Assembly: GCA_021828375.1 (NCBI GenBank)
Contig: JAKARS010000001.1
Coordinates: forward strand, 27,822-91,821
Reading direction: 5' to 3'
Length of the DNA: 64,000 nucleotides
Source: Nitrospirota bacterium
GTDB taxonomy: Bacteria > Nitrospirota > Leptospirillia > Leptospirillales > Leptospirillaceae
This document shows, piece by piece, positions 9,028 to 18,043 of this stretch. Numbering within the stretch: position 1 is the stretch's first letter; every line of letters begins with the position of its first letter. Made by a program: the position numbers and the translations under genes. The notes beneath the pieces are model-generated. The model had not been told where the DNA came from and did no database searches. It saw only the letters and a list, made by a program, of their open reading frames with translations.

Positions 9028-9666
9028 GTGAAAGGCAAGAAGATCGGAATGATTGTCCTTGTCGTCGTGGCATTGCTCTTGGGGTCCTATGGGATCTGGC
9101 TTGAAACGCAACCCGAGGCCTTTCTCTCGGAGATCTCAAAGGAGAGCGGGCTTGTTCTGACGGCCCGAGCCACCTCCGTGGGGGTTCCCTACATTCTTCA
9201 CTACGAGGACCTGACAGTCAGGTCGGGAAAGCCGTCCTCCCCGTCGCCGCAGTCGTCAGGCTCGGGGCAGATCTCGGCCCTCCGCTTCGAGCACCTCTCC
9301 CTTTCGGCGCTGAGTCTCCACTCTGCCCGCATCACCTTCCACGATCTCTCCCTGAAAAGCTCCAATCCCCTGGCCAATATGCTCCTTTCTGCCGTGGGAG
9401 TCAGGAAGGGAGAGATTGTGGTTCGGGAAGAGCCCGGAAAAATCGTTCTTCCCCACGTTGAAGCCTCGGACAGCTCCCTGACCCTGGTGGGGCAGGGAGA
9501 GGTGGACCGTCTGTCTTCGGGAGATGTCTCCCGTTTTGACTTTACCTTTGACCTTGAGGCCCGGGGGAATCTGGCCCAGTTTTTGGGGACGGGGCGTCAG
9601 CCTGGACATCTTTATGGGGAAAAAGGTCAGACCCACTTGTTCCTGGGGGGCCGACAGGTTTTCTGA
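9028..9666 (+). CDS. Hypothetical N-terminally membrane-anchored protein
   Basis: AAGGAGGG RBS followed by GTG. It has one N-terminal TM helix (IGMIVLVVVALLLGSYGIW) and no motif I recognise. It lies immediately upstream of the cytochrome-porin gene. Confidence 0.5.
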   Translation: MKGKKIGMIVLVVVALLLGSYGIWLETQPEAFLSEISKESGLVLTARATSVGVPYILHYEDLTVRSGKPSSPSPQSSGSGQISALRFEHLSLSALSLHSARITFHDLSLKSSNPLANMLLSAVGVRKGEIVVREEPGKIVLPHVEASDSSLTLVGQGEVDRLSSGDVSRFDFTFDLEARGNLAQFLGTGRQPGHLYGEKGQTHLFLGGRQVF

Positions 9667-9743
9667 ATGCGAAGGATGCTGGCGCATGTCGATGTCTGGG
9701 AGGAGGTTCCCTCTGCCTTTCCGGTTTTTGGTCAGGGAAACGC

Positions 9744-11435
9744 ATGAGCTCCGTCCGGACTCTTCCCGGAGGCGGCATGATCCTGAAGATTTGCCTCTCC
9801 CTTGTGATCGTGCTTTTCATGGTTTCCAAATCTTACGCCTATGCAGGCTTTTCCCGAAGCTACGACCTTCCTTGCGCCTTCTGCCATATCCAATGGCCCA
9901 AGCTTTCCGATGAAGGAAACTTTTTTCGCGACAGGGGCTTCATGCTTTCCACCACCGGGGTGGCCAATGGTCTCGACCTCCTATTTGAAAGGCCGGAGGC
10001 CCAAAACTACTTTCCCATCGGTTTCCACATGACGATGGCCTATGGAGGACAGTCCTTGGTGGGGGTGGCCACTCCCTCCCGGAAAGCAACCCTGGGGAAT
10101 CAGGATTCCTCGAAGATTTCTCCGGTGACTCTGGGGGGAAATGGTGCGCCGTCGTCAAGCTCTTGGTCAAATGGTGCCTTTTCCCCTGATCCATGGACAG
10201 TCCTGTCGGGGGGGCTGCTGTCTCCGTCGATTTCATTCTGGGCCGAACCGGGGGTTACGGGGCCGGTCCTCGACAAGACGGCATTTTCCGTGGAAAGCCT
10301 CTGGGTCAGGTTCGATGCCCTTTTTGGGACGACCCTTCTCAACCTCTATGCCGGAGATGTGAGTCAGGATCCTCCGTTTTCGAGTCGTCGGGCCCTGCAG
10401 AAAGGGGAGGGGACTCCCTACATGATGTACGACTATTTGCCGGGAGCCCCTGAGATCGTCACAAACAGCTCCATGGCCTCCTTTGCCGACTATGGGTCGC
10501 TCGTTCTTCCGGCCTATTACGACGCCGATCGCTTTCAGATGAAGAACAACCACACCGCCCTTCGCTATTTCGGCTATTTTTTTGAAAATGGGTGCGGAAG
10601 CGATCAGTCCTTTTCCACGGACCCCTGCGAAACCCGCCTGTCGATCTCCCTCATGCCGAACTCGGGCCTTTATGGAAATCCTGACGGAGCCCCTTTTTCC
10701 AGTGGTGCGGCCGCGGCCGGAGTCCCCGGGGAGAACAACGGGTTTGCCGTTTTTGCCCACCTGACCCAGTCATTCGGCGGATGGGGGTCGACAAATGGAG
10801 AGAGGATCGGACTGTTCGCCCTTGTCGGGGAGTCGGCGCTCTCTCTTTCGGGAGGGGGGGGAGCCTCGCCTGACGGAATCTACCATCGGGAAGGGGTGGA
10901 CCTTTCCCTCAACCCGATTCCTGATGGGGGCCTGAACATCTTTGGCGCCTGGGAAATAGCGGTCGATCCGGCCTCGGCCCTGGTTGCCAATCCCGCTCTT
11001 TTTGGAGCCGGAGTGGCGGCCATTTCAGGCTTGTCCTACATGTCCTGGTTTGTGGAGGCCGATTACGAGCCGACACTTCCCGGGGTGGTCGAAGAGACAG
11101 GCAGTGGCTCCGACATGATCATTCTGACGGCCAATCAGGTCGACATGTTGGAGCAACCCACGTTTTCGGGTGTGGCACAGCAGCTTCCGGGAAACTTTGA
11201 CAATGTGATCGAGTTTGGTGTGGCGGACCGCTATTGGCTCTATGGGGGCGACCGAACAGCCATTTCGCTTTTTGCCGAATGGCAGTGGATGTTGAACATG
11301 GGGGTTGGCTCCTTCCTCTCCAAAGGCGGGGCGGCTCTCGAGGGCTATGGAACAGCTCAGGGAGCCTTTGCCAGCGGAAGCTTTTCGAATGTGACCTCAA
11401 ACTCCGTTCTGGCAGGAGTTGATTTCTCGTTTTGA
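9744..11435 (+). CDS. Cyc2/Cyt572-type fused monoheme cytochrome c - outer-membrane porin (candidate Fe(II) oxidase)
   Basis: Signal peptide MILKICLSLVIVLFMVSKSYAYA. A single CxxCH (CAFCH, nt 9873-9887) is preceded by GFSR-x5 and followed by WPKL. About 500 Gly/Ser/aromatic-rich aa follow, ending ...GVDFSF (terminal Phe typical of OM beta-barrels). The start may instead be ATG 9777. Confidence 0.65.
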   Translation: MSSVRTLPGGGMILKICLSLVIVLFMVSKSYAYAGFSRSYDLPCAFCHIQWPKLSDEGNFFRDRGFMLSTTGVANGLDLLFERPEAQNYFPIGFHMTMAYGGQSLVGVATPSRKATLGNQDSSKISPVTLGGNGAPSSSSWSNGAFSPDPWTVLSGGLLSPSISFWAEPGVTGPVLDKTAFSVESLWVRFDALFGTTLLNLYAGDVSQDPPFSSRRALQKGEGTPYMMYDYLPGAPEIVTNSSMASFADYGSLVLPAYYDADRFQMKNNHTALRYFGYFFENGCGSDQSFSTDPCETRLSISLMPNSGLYGNPDGAPFSSGAAAAGVPGENNGFAVFAHLTQSFGGWGSTNGERIGLFALVGESALSLSGGGGASPDGIYHREGVDLSLNPIPDGGLNIFGAWEIAVDPASALVANPALFGAGVAAISGLSYMSWFVEADYEPTLPGVVEETGSGSDMIILTANQVDMLEQPTFSGVAQQLPGNFDNVIEFGVADRYWLYGGDRTAISLFAEWQWMLNMGVGSFLSKGGAALEGYGTAQGAFASGSFSNVTSNSVLAGVDFSF

Positions 11436-11495
11436 TCCACCCGATAATCAAGAAAGTGGGGAGAGCGGAATTCCCGGAAATTCGGAGTTTTTTTG

Positions 11496-11524
11496 TTGAC
11501 TTTTCTCTCGAGGCACCCTACAAT
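11496..11524 (+). promoter_or_regulatory. Sigma-70-type promoter upstream of tRNA-Asp
   Basis: TTGACT - 17 nt - TACAAT, about 97 nt upstream of the tRNA. Confidence 0.5.
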
Positions 11525-11620
11525 CTTCCGTCGAGTGTCGCATCCCGAAGAACTTTAGGGTGCCATCTCGCTTCCGGGTCAGGTGGAGGGGGTCCTTCCT
11601 TATTCCCCACGTTTTCTTCT

Positions 11621-11697
11621 GGGGCCGTAGCTCAGCTGGTTAGAGCGCTGGCCTGTCACGCCAGAGGTCGCGGGTTCGAGCCCCGTCGGCCCCGCCA
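11621..11697 (+). tRNA. tRNA-Asp (anticodon GTC)
   Basis: Acceptor GGGGCCG/CGGCCCC, anticodon loop CTGTCAC, T-loop TTCGAGC, CCA encoded. Confidence 0.93.
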
Positions 11698-11933
11698 TTG
11701 CTTCTGTCCGGATCAAAATTAACGGCTTTGCGTCGCCCGGCTTTGTGTCTCTCTTTCCTGCTTGAATTCTTCTTGTTTCTGTCGCCAATGCCGTAGGGGG
11801 CTCCTTGCGTCAGACCATCTTCGGATCTTTTCCTGCCTGTCACCTCTCACCTTTTTCTTTTGATGGCCTGAAGGAAAAGACTCTGAAATCCCTCCTCTCC
11901 CACTTTCATCCCCCTGTCCGAGGATAAACGTCA

Positions 11934-12605
11934 ATGAATCTTTTCAACTTCATTAACCAGATCAGCCTTCTTGCCGAAATTGTCCTTGGATTTCTCATCT
12001 TTCTCTCCTCTCTCAGCTGGGGGGTCATCTTCTACAAATGGTATGCGATCTCCAAGACGAACGCTGAGAATCGAGGCTTCATCAAGGCTTTCAAGAAGGC
12101 GGACCGCTTTTCCCGCCTTTACCAGGATGCCGGAGAGTTTCGCCGATCCACATTGGCCTTCATGTTTCGCAGCGCCTACGAGAAAATCAAGGGCATCGAG
12201 GAGAGAGCGGTCAGTCGGGGAGGCGAAGTGCGGGAGAGCGAGATTGAAATCATTCATCGGACGCTTTTGCAGGCCCGACAGGAGGATCTCACGCGCCTTG
12301 AGTCCTATCTTCAGATCCTGGCGACAACGGCCAACATCTCACCCTTTGTGGGGCTTTTCGGGACCGTGTGGGGCATTATCCATGCCTTTCGGGACATCAG
12401 CCATCAGTCCTCTGTCAGCATCGCGTCCGTGGCTCCCGGGATCGCGGATGCCCTGGTGACGACCGCCTCCGGACTCTTTGCCGCCATTCCCGCCGTGATT
12501 GCCTACAACTATTTTCTTCAAAGAATCCGGTCCATAGAATCTCTGGCCGAGTCCTTCAATATGGAACTTTTGAACCTGATGGCGGAAGGCCGCTGGAAAG
12601 AATAA
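11934..12605 (+). CDS. tolQ: TolQ (MotA/TolQ/ExbB proton-channel protein)
   Basis: 223 aa with three TM segments and the conserved C-terminal TolQ/ExbB region (GLFGTVWGII..F; APGIADALVTTASGL). It leads a tolQRAB-like gene order. Confidence 0.85.
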   Translation: MNLFNFINQISLLAEIVLGFLIFLSSLSWGVIFYKWYAISKTNAENRGFIKAFKKADRFSRLYQDAGEFRRSTLAFMFRSAYEKIKGIEERAVSRGGEVRESEIEIIHRTLLQARQEDLTRLESYLQILATTANISPFVGLFGTVWGIIHAFRDISHQSSVSIASVAPGIADALVTTASGLFAAIPAVIAYNYFLQRIRSIESLAESFNMELLNLMAEGRWKE

Positions 12606-12657
12606 GTCCCCTTGTTGTCTTTCTACCCCAATCGGGCCCAATCGGGCGGGAGAACTT

Positions 12658-13080
12658 GTGAAATTTGATTCAGGGTCCAATCGCAATCGCATGTTGTCCG
12701 AGATCAACATGGTGCCCTTCATCGATGTTGTCCTCGTTCTCCTGATCATCTTCATGGTGACGACGCCCCTCCTTTATCGGGGGCTCAAGATCAATTTGCC
12801 GAAGACCAGCGCCAACAGCCTGAAAAAGCCGGTTCCCAAGGTGATTGTCAGCGTCACGACCTCCAAGCAGATCTATGTCAATGGACATGCCGTGACATGG
12901 GAGGCGCTTTCGGCCCTCCTCGCCCGCCGCTATAAGGAAGACAAACGGGTCGTTGTCTATCTGAAGGCGGACAAAAAGGTCGACTACGGGACTGTCGTCC
13001 ATCTGATGGATGTCGTCAAGCTTGCCGGTATCGATCGGCTCGGTATGATTACCGCCCCGTCTCCCAAAAACCCGGAATAG
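12658..13080 (+). CDS. tolR: TolR (ExbD/TolR biopolymer transport protein)
   Basis: The motif EINMVPFIDVVLVLLIIFM is typical of ExbD/TolR. GTG start. Confidence 0.85.
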   Translation: MKFDSGSNRNRMLSEINMVPFIDVVLVLLIIFMVTTPLLYRGLKINLPKTSANSLKKPVPKVIVSVTTSKQIYVNGHAVTWEALSALLARRYKEDKRVVVYLKADKKVDYGTVVHLMDVVKLAGIDRLGMITAPSPKNPE

Positions 13081-13086
13081 AATGAC

Positions 13087-13893
13087 GTGATTCGCTCGGG
13101 AGTCCGTCCCACCGGAGAGCGGGGGATCGGCTGGTTTCTTGTCCTTTCGCTTTTCCTTCATGTCATCGTTGTGACCCTTGTGGTCATGCATCGAAAGCCA
13201 ATATCGCTTGGTTATCAGACGGCGACGACGGTCTCCCTGATTCCTGAAAATCAGCTGGTTCAGCCAGGAGCTCCTCCTCCTGCTCCACCGGCACCTCCGG
13301 TCAAGAAGGTTCGCCCTGCGCCCCCCCCGCCGCCCCCCCCTCACCCTCAGCGGCGGGCACCTTCTCCCCGGGTAATCAGGAAGCCCCCCGTTCATAAGTC
13401 GCCGCGAAAGCCCGTCCCAAGGCGGATAAAAAAGCCTGTGCCGGCTCATAAGGTTGCCCACCCAAAGGCTGTCGTCAAAAAGGCCCGGGTGATGCCGGCA
13501 AAGAGCCGGAAACAGGAGCACCCAAAGAATCCTCAGCCATCGAAGGCCGCACTTGCTCCGGTGGCAAATCCCTCGCCCGTTCACATGGATCTGGCGGGAG
13601 CCCAGTTTCCCACATACTTGCAGCATCTTCTGATCGCGCGGATAAAGTCGAACTGGGCACCCCCTCCCGGGTCCCATGGCCTTTATGTCACAATTCGATT
13701 CACCCTTCTCAAAGACGGGCAAATATCGGGGGAGCCGGTTCTGATGACTGCTTCCGGCTCCCGGGTCTTTGATGATGCCGCCCGCTATGCCATTCTGCGG
13801 TCGATCCCCTTTCCGCCCTTTCCTCCGTCATACGGCAAGGAAAAGGAGTCGGTGACAGTGACGCTTCAGGCAACGAAAAGGCAAGGGTTCTGA
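13087..13893 (+). CDS. tolA: TolA/TonB-like energy-transducer protein (TM anchor, Pro-rich spacer, TonB_C-like C-terminus)
   Basis: N-terminal TM helix, a long P/K-rich stretch (PPPAPPAPPVKKVRPAPPPPPPPHPQ...), and a C-terminal domain. Its position is between tolR and tolB. Confidence 0.65.
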   Translation: MIRSGVRPTGERGIGWFLVLSLFLHVIVVTLVVMHRKPISLGYQTATTVSLIPENQLVQPGAPPPAPPAPPVKKVRPAPPPPPPPHPQRRAPSPRVIRKPPVHKSPRKPVPRRIKKPVPAHKVAHPKAVVKKARVMPAKSRKQEHPKNPQPSKAALAPVANPSPVHMDLAGAQFPTYLQHLLIARIKSNWAPPPGSHGLYVTIRFTLLKDGQISGEPVLMTASGSRVFDDAARYAILRSIPFPPFPPSYGKEKESVTVTLQATKRQGF

Positions 13894-15209
13894 TGAGACG
13901 ATATCTTTTTTTGGTATTGATGACAGGCATGCTTTGGGGGGGAATGTTTCTTGTCCCGCCTCCCGCGGCAAAGGCCGTCGATCTTTCGGTCATTACCAAT
14001 GAGACCCGTCTTTCCTTCAAGATCGTCCTTGTGGGAAACATGGACCGCAAGGAGATCTCCCTCCTGACGAAAAGGGGAGAGGCTCTGGTGAGACGGGATC
14101 TTCTGGAAACGGGATATTTTGAGATTCTGACACCTCCTCCGGCGATCCTTTCCCAGCTTGCGAGTGAACCCCTCGACTCCATTACCGCCCATGCCGTGGC
14201 TCCGTTGGGGGCAGAGGGTGTCGTGGGCATGCAGTTCTCTCTCGAAGATGAGGGAGTTCAACTCCATGGTGTCGTCCGGGACCCTCTTAATGGGGCCATC
14301 CTTCTCGACAAGATCTATCGGACATCGGGAAAATATTCACTTGTCGTCCACAAGTTTGTTGATGACATCCTTTTTCAGTTTGCCGGGATTCGAGGCGTGG
14401 CGACAAGCCGGATTGCCTTTATCGGGCGCACCTCACACGGATATGACCTCTTCACCATGGATTTCGATGGAGAGAATACCCGAAGGATGACCTTCGACAA
14501 TGTCCTTGCCTTCAATCCGGCCTGGTCCCACAATAGGCATCACATTCTCTATGTCACCTACCTGCATGGGGAACCACAGATCATTGACTATGATCTTGTG
14601 CAGGGGCAAAGACATATGCTTTTTTCTTATCCGGGGCTCAACATCACGCCGACTTTCTCTCCCGATGGGAAGCGCCTCGCTGTGGCTCTCTCCCGCGGAC
14701 GTCCCTCCCAGCATACACAGATTTATCTCTACACTTTTTCAACGAAACGGCTCGAGCGTCTGACGTATTCCCGAAGCAACAACCTCTCGCCTACCTTCTC
14801 CCCTTCAGGAAATGCCCTGGCCTTTGTCTCCGACCGTGACGGACATCCACAGATTTTTCTGATGGACTCGGATGGTTCCAACGTCCATCGGCTGACATTC
14901 GATGGCAGCTACAATGTGGCCCCGGCCTGGTCTCCCCGGGGGGACTGGATTGCGTATGTTTGCATGAACGACATGCATCGTCCTAAAATATGCCTCATCA
15001 GTCCGGACGGAACATCACGGGTGATGATCACCCAGGGATCCGGACGCGATGACAGTCCCAGCTGGTCTCCTGATGGGCGCTTCCTTGTTTATACCCGGCA
15101 GATCCGCGGCCACTCCAAACTGGCAAAAATCTGGATTGATGGCCATGGGCGAGAGTTTTTGGGCAATTACTCGCGGAGTGTCCTGACTCCGTCATGGTCG
15201 TCGCCCTAG
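13893..15209 (+). CDS. tolB: TolB periplasmic beta-propeller protein
   Basis: Signal peptide and repeated PxxSPDG(K/R)xLAF/VY propeller blades (FSPDGKRLAV, FSPSGNALAFVSDRDG, WSPRGDWIAY, WSPDGRFLVY). Confidence 0.9.
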   Translation: MRRYLFLVLMTGMLWGGMFLVPPPAAKAVDLSVITNETRLSFKIVLVGNMDRKEISLLTKRGEALVRRDLLETGYFEILTPPPAILSQLASEPLDSITAHAVAPLGAEGVVGMQFSLEDEGVQLHGVVRDPLNGAILLDKIYRTSGKYSLVVHKFVDDILFQFAGIRGVATSRIAFIGRTSHGYDLFTMDFDGENTRRMTFDNVLAFNPAWSHNRHHILYVTYLHGEPQIIDYDLVQGQRHMLFSYPGLNITPTFSPDGKRLAVALSRGRPSQHTQIYLYTFSTKRLERLTYSRSNNLSPTFSPSGNALAFVSDRDGHPQIFLMDSDGSNVHRLTFDGSYNVAPAWSPRGDWIAYVCMNDMHRPKICLISPDGTSRVMITQGSGRDDSPSWSPDGRFLVYTRQIRGHSKLAKIWIDGHGREFLGNYSRSVLTPSWSSP

Positions 15210-15256
15210 ACGTCAGGACATCGAAAGAAGTTGACCCCCTTGCAAGGAGACAATCG

Positions 15257-16090
15257 TTGACCATCAAGACTCGCAACCAGCACAATACGGGAACCTTGAG
15301 AGTTCTGGGGGGAGCCGCCATATCCCTCTCCTTGCTCCTGGGGCTCGCCTCCTGTGCCTCTCCCTCCGATGTCTCCGACCTTCGTGCCCAGATGGATACC
15401 CTTTCGACAAAGGTTTCCAAGATTGAACGTCAGGCTGGCGGGGGAGCCGGTGTCTCGGGCGGAACACAGTTGGCAGACCTTGAAACCCGACTGGACAATC
15501 AGAAGCTCCGTATTGCCCGCCTGAGGGATCGCCTTGAGCGCATGAATCATCGCCTCGACCAGCTGATGAATCGGATCGAATCTCAAGCTCCCGCCCCTGT
15601 GGCGAAGCCGACCCCGTCTCCGGCCCCTTCGGCATCAGCCGGTGGTGCCCCGTCTTCTCCTTCCCCCGCCGCCGTTGCCTCCGCCCCGGCTGCCCCCCAG
15701 AAAACGACGGAATCTCCCGACATGATCTACCATCAGGCCTATGCCGACTATCAGGCCGGGCACTATGATATCGCCATCTCGGAGTTTGGTCGTCTGGTCA
15801 AGGAATATCCCGACTCTCATCTGGCCTCCTCGGCCGTCTTCTGGGAGGCCCAGTCGCACTATAATCTCAAGCACTACAAGCGCGCCTTGGCGCTCTATGA
15901 TGCCGTGATCCACAAGTATGTCGACAGTCCCAAGAAGGCCACGTCCTACTACAAGAAGGGACAAGTGTACGAAAAGCTTGGAAACAAGAAGGCTGCCGTC
16001 AAAAGCTACAAGCGGGTTCTTGAGCTCTTTCCCTTGGAGCAGCAGCTCGACGACCTCTCGAAGAGACGCCTCTCGCGTCTGGATGAATAA
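15257..16090 (+). CDS. cpoB: CpoB/YbgF-like protein (coiled-coil plus TPR), predicted lipoprotein
   Basis: AAGGAG RBS 7 nt before TTG 15257. Lipobox LLGLASC. The N-terminus is a coiled coil (LETRLDNQKLRIARLRDRLERMNHRLDQL), followed by an Ala/Pro linker and a C-terminal TPR region (YHQAYADYQAGHYDIAI...). The ORF-track start at 15194 would overlap tolB. Confidence 0.75.
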   Translation: MTIKTRNQHNTGTLRVLGGAAISLSLLLGLASCASPSDVSDLRAQMDTLSTKVSKIERQAGGGAGVSGGTQLADLETRLDNQKLRIARLRDRLERMNHRLDQLMNRIESQAPAPVAKPTPSPAPSASAGGAPSSPSPAAVASAPAAPQKTTESPDMIYHQAYADYQAGHYDIAISEFGRLVKEYPDSHLASSAVFWEAQSHYNLKHYKRALALYDAVIHKYVDSPKKATSYYKKGQVYEKLGNKKAAVKSYKRVLELFPLEQQLDDLSKRRLSRLDE

Positions 16091-16093
16091 TCC

Positions 16094-18043
16094 ATGGGGC
16101 TGATCCGAGAATTGCCGGCAGCCCTTGTCAACCAGATTGCCGCCGGCGAGGTGATCGAACGGCCATCGTCTGTCTTGAAGGAGCTCCTGGAAAACAGTCT
16201 GGATGCGGGGGCAAAAAGAGTCTCTGTTGTCGTGGACCTAACGGGGGCGGGCCTCATTCGTGTCGAAGACAATGGTTCGGGGATCATGAAGGACGACCTC
16301 CCCTTGGCCTTTCTTCGCCATGCGACAAGCAAGATTTCTTCATTCGATGATCTTGTTCAGGTCCGATCGATGGGGTTTCGGGGCGAAGCTTTGGCTTCCA
16401 TTGCTTCGGTGGCCCGAGTCACCCTGGAAACGCGCCACCAGTCAGATGCGGTTGGATCCCGACTGGAGTGGGTTCCGGGGGAAGAACCCTTGACCTCTCC
16501 CTGGGACCGTCCAGTGGGAACGGCCATTTCCGTGCGAGATCTGTTTTTCAATGTTCCGGTTCGCAAGAAGTATCTTCGATCCCCTCAGACGGAACTGGGA
16601 CATGTGACCGAAGCCTTTCAGAGAGTGGCTCTGGGCTTTCCTGATGTTCAGCTTGACCTGTCGACCCCCTCCCGAAAGATCTTTTCCCTTCCTGCCCGCC
16701 ACACTCCCCTTCTTCGCATTCTTGACCTCTACCCAACATTTCAGGAGGACGACCTTCTTTATCATGAGCGAGGGGGGGAGGACCTTCGGATTTCCTTGGT
16801 GCTTCTTCGACCCGATCGCTTACGGAAGGACCGCCAGTTTCAGCATCTGTTTGTTAACCGACGATGGATTCGCCATCCGGCACTTTTTGAAGCGATCACC
16901 CAGGGAGCGTCCGGGAGAATCTCCCGTGATCTTCATCCGGGGGCGTGGGTCTTTCTTGATCTCTTGCCCGACCGCCTCGATGTCAATGTTCATCCGAGCA
17001 AGCGCGAGGTCCGTCTCCTTGACGGGGATCGGATATTCTCACTTCTTCGGCGGGTGATCTCCGAGGCATTCGAGGGATTTTCAGAAAGGATATTTCCGGA
17101 ACAGGTACCGTCCGGCTCTTCCCGGCCTCATTCTTCTGCTCCTCTTCCGGACCCCTTGAAAACTCGGGAATTCTTGCCGGAGACGGAGGATCATCGGCCG
17201 GATCCTTCCCGTTTCCCCAAGGAAGGAACACCATCATTGACGACACCGCCTCGGTCGGCTCCCGGAGAAATGACCCCTGACCTTCCTTTTTCGGCCAATG
17301 CCTCCGAGCTCCGAGCCGCCTCCCCTCCGCCCTATCGTGCGGGACGTTCTTCTCCTCTTTTCTCGCAAGAAAGGAAAGAGGCGGGAAATCACCCGTCCTT
17401 TCGTGAGATCCCGGAGCTTCTCAAGTCCCTCCCTTCGGTCTTTTCCGGAAATCGTCCCGATCCCGAGACGATTTCTGTCGTAGGCCAGTGGGCTGGAACC
17501 TATCTGGTGGCTCTTGCCGGAGAAGCCCTGTGGCTCGTGGATTGGCATACGGCTCATGAAAGGGTCAACTATGACCGATATCGCCAGGCTCTTTTGGAAG
17601 ATGGCAAAGGAGGGGGGCGACGGACACTTCTTTTTCCGGTGAGCTATCGGGTGGCCCCCTCGATGGCGGACAACCTTGACAGCCGCCTGGAGGAACTCTC
17701 ACATCTGGGATTTGATATTGACCGGTCGGGTCCCGATCTCTTCAGAATACGCTCTGTCCCCTCCCTTCTCGATGAGCCCGATCCGACCCGGGCGCTGGAT
17801 GAGCTCGGGGCTCACTCTCAGGGGTTTGAGGTTCCGATTCTTCGCTCCGATCGAATTGACGAGACTCTGATGACCCTTTCCTGCCACCGGAGTGTCCGAA
17901 GGAATGATGTCTTCGGGACAGAGGAAGGCGCCCGCCTCATTCGGGAGCTTCTCGCCTCGGACCATCCCTACAGCTGTCCCCACGGAAGACCCACCATTCT
18001 CTCCCTGAGCCATTCGGCCATTGATACATGGTTCGGTCGCTAG
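16094..18043 (+). CDS. mutL: DNA mismatch repair protein MutL (endonuclease type)
   Basis: N-terminal GHKL ATPase (LVNQIAAGEVIERPSSVLKELLENSLDAGA), a Pro/Ser linker, and C-terminal DWHTAHERVNYD and CPHGRP motifs. Confidence 0.95.
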   Translation: MGLIRELPAALVNQIAAGEVIERPSSVLKELLENSLDAGAKRVSVVVDLTGAGLIRVEDNGSGIMKDDLPLAFLRHATSKISSFDDLVQVRSMGFRGEALASIASVARVTLETRHQSDAVGSRLEWVPGEEPLTSPWDRPVGTAISVRDLFFNVPVRKKYLRSPQTELGHVTEAFQRVALGFPDVQLDLSTPSRKIFSLPARHTPLLRILDLYPTFQEDDLLYHERGGEDLRISLVLLRPDRLRKDRQFQHLFVNRRWIRHPALFEAITQGASGRISRDLHPGAWVFLDLLPDRLDVNVHPSKREVRLLDGDRIFSLLRRVISEAFEGFSERIFPEQVPSGSSRPHSSAPLPDPLKTREFLPETEDHRPDPSRFPKEGTPSLTTPPRSAPGEMTPDLPFSANASELRAASPPPYRAGRSSPLFSQERKEAGNHPSFREIPELLKSLPSVFSGNRPDPETISVVGQWAGTYLVALAGEALWLVDWHTAHERVNYDRYRQALLEDGKGGGRRTLLFPVSYRVAPSMADNLDSRLEELSHLGFDIDRSGPDLFRIRSVPSLLDEPDPTRALDELGAHSQGFEVPILRSDRIDETLMTLSCHRSVRRNDVFGTEEGARLIRELLASDHPYSCPHGRPTILSLSHSAIDTWFGR

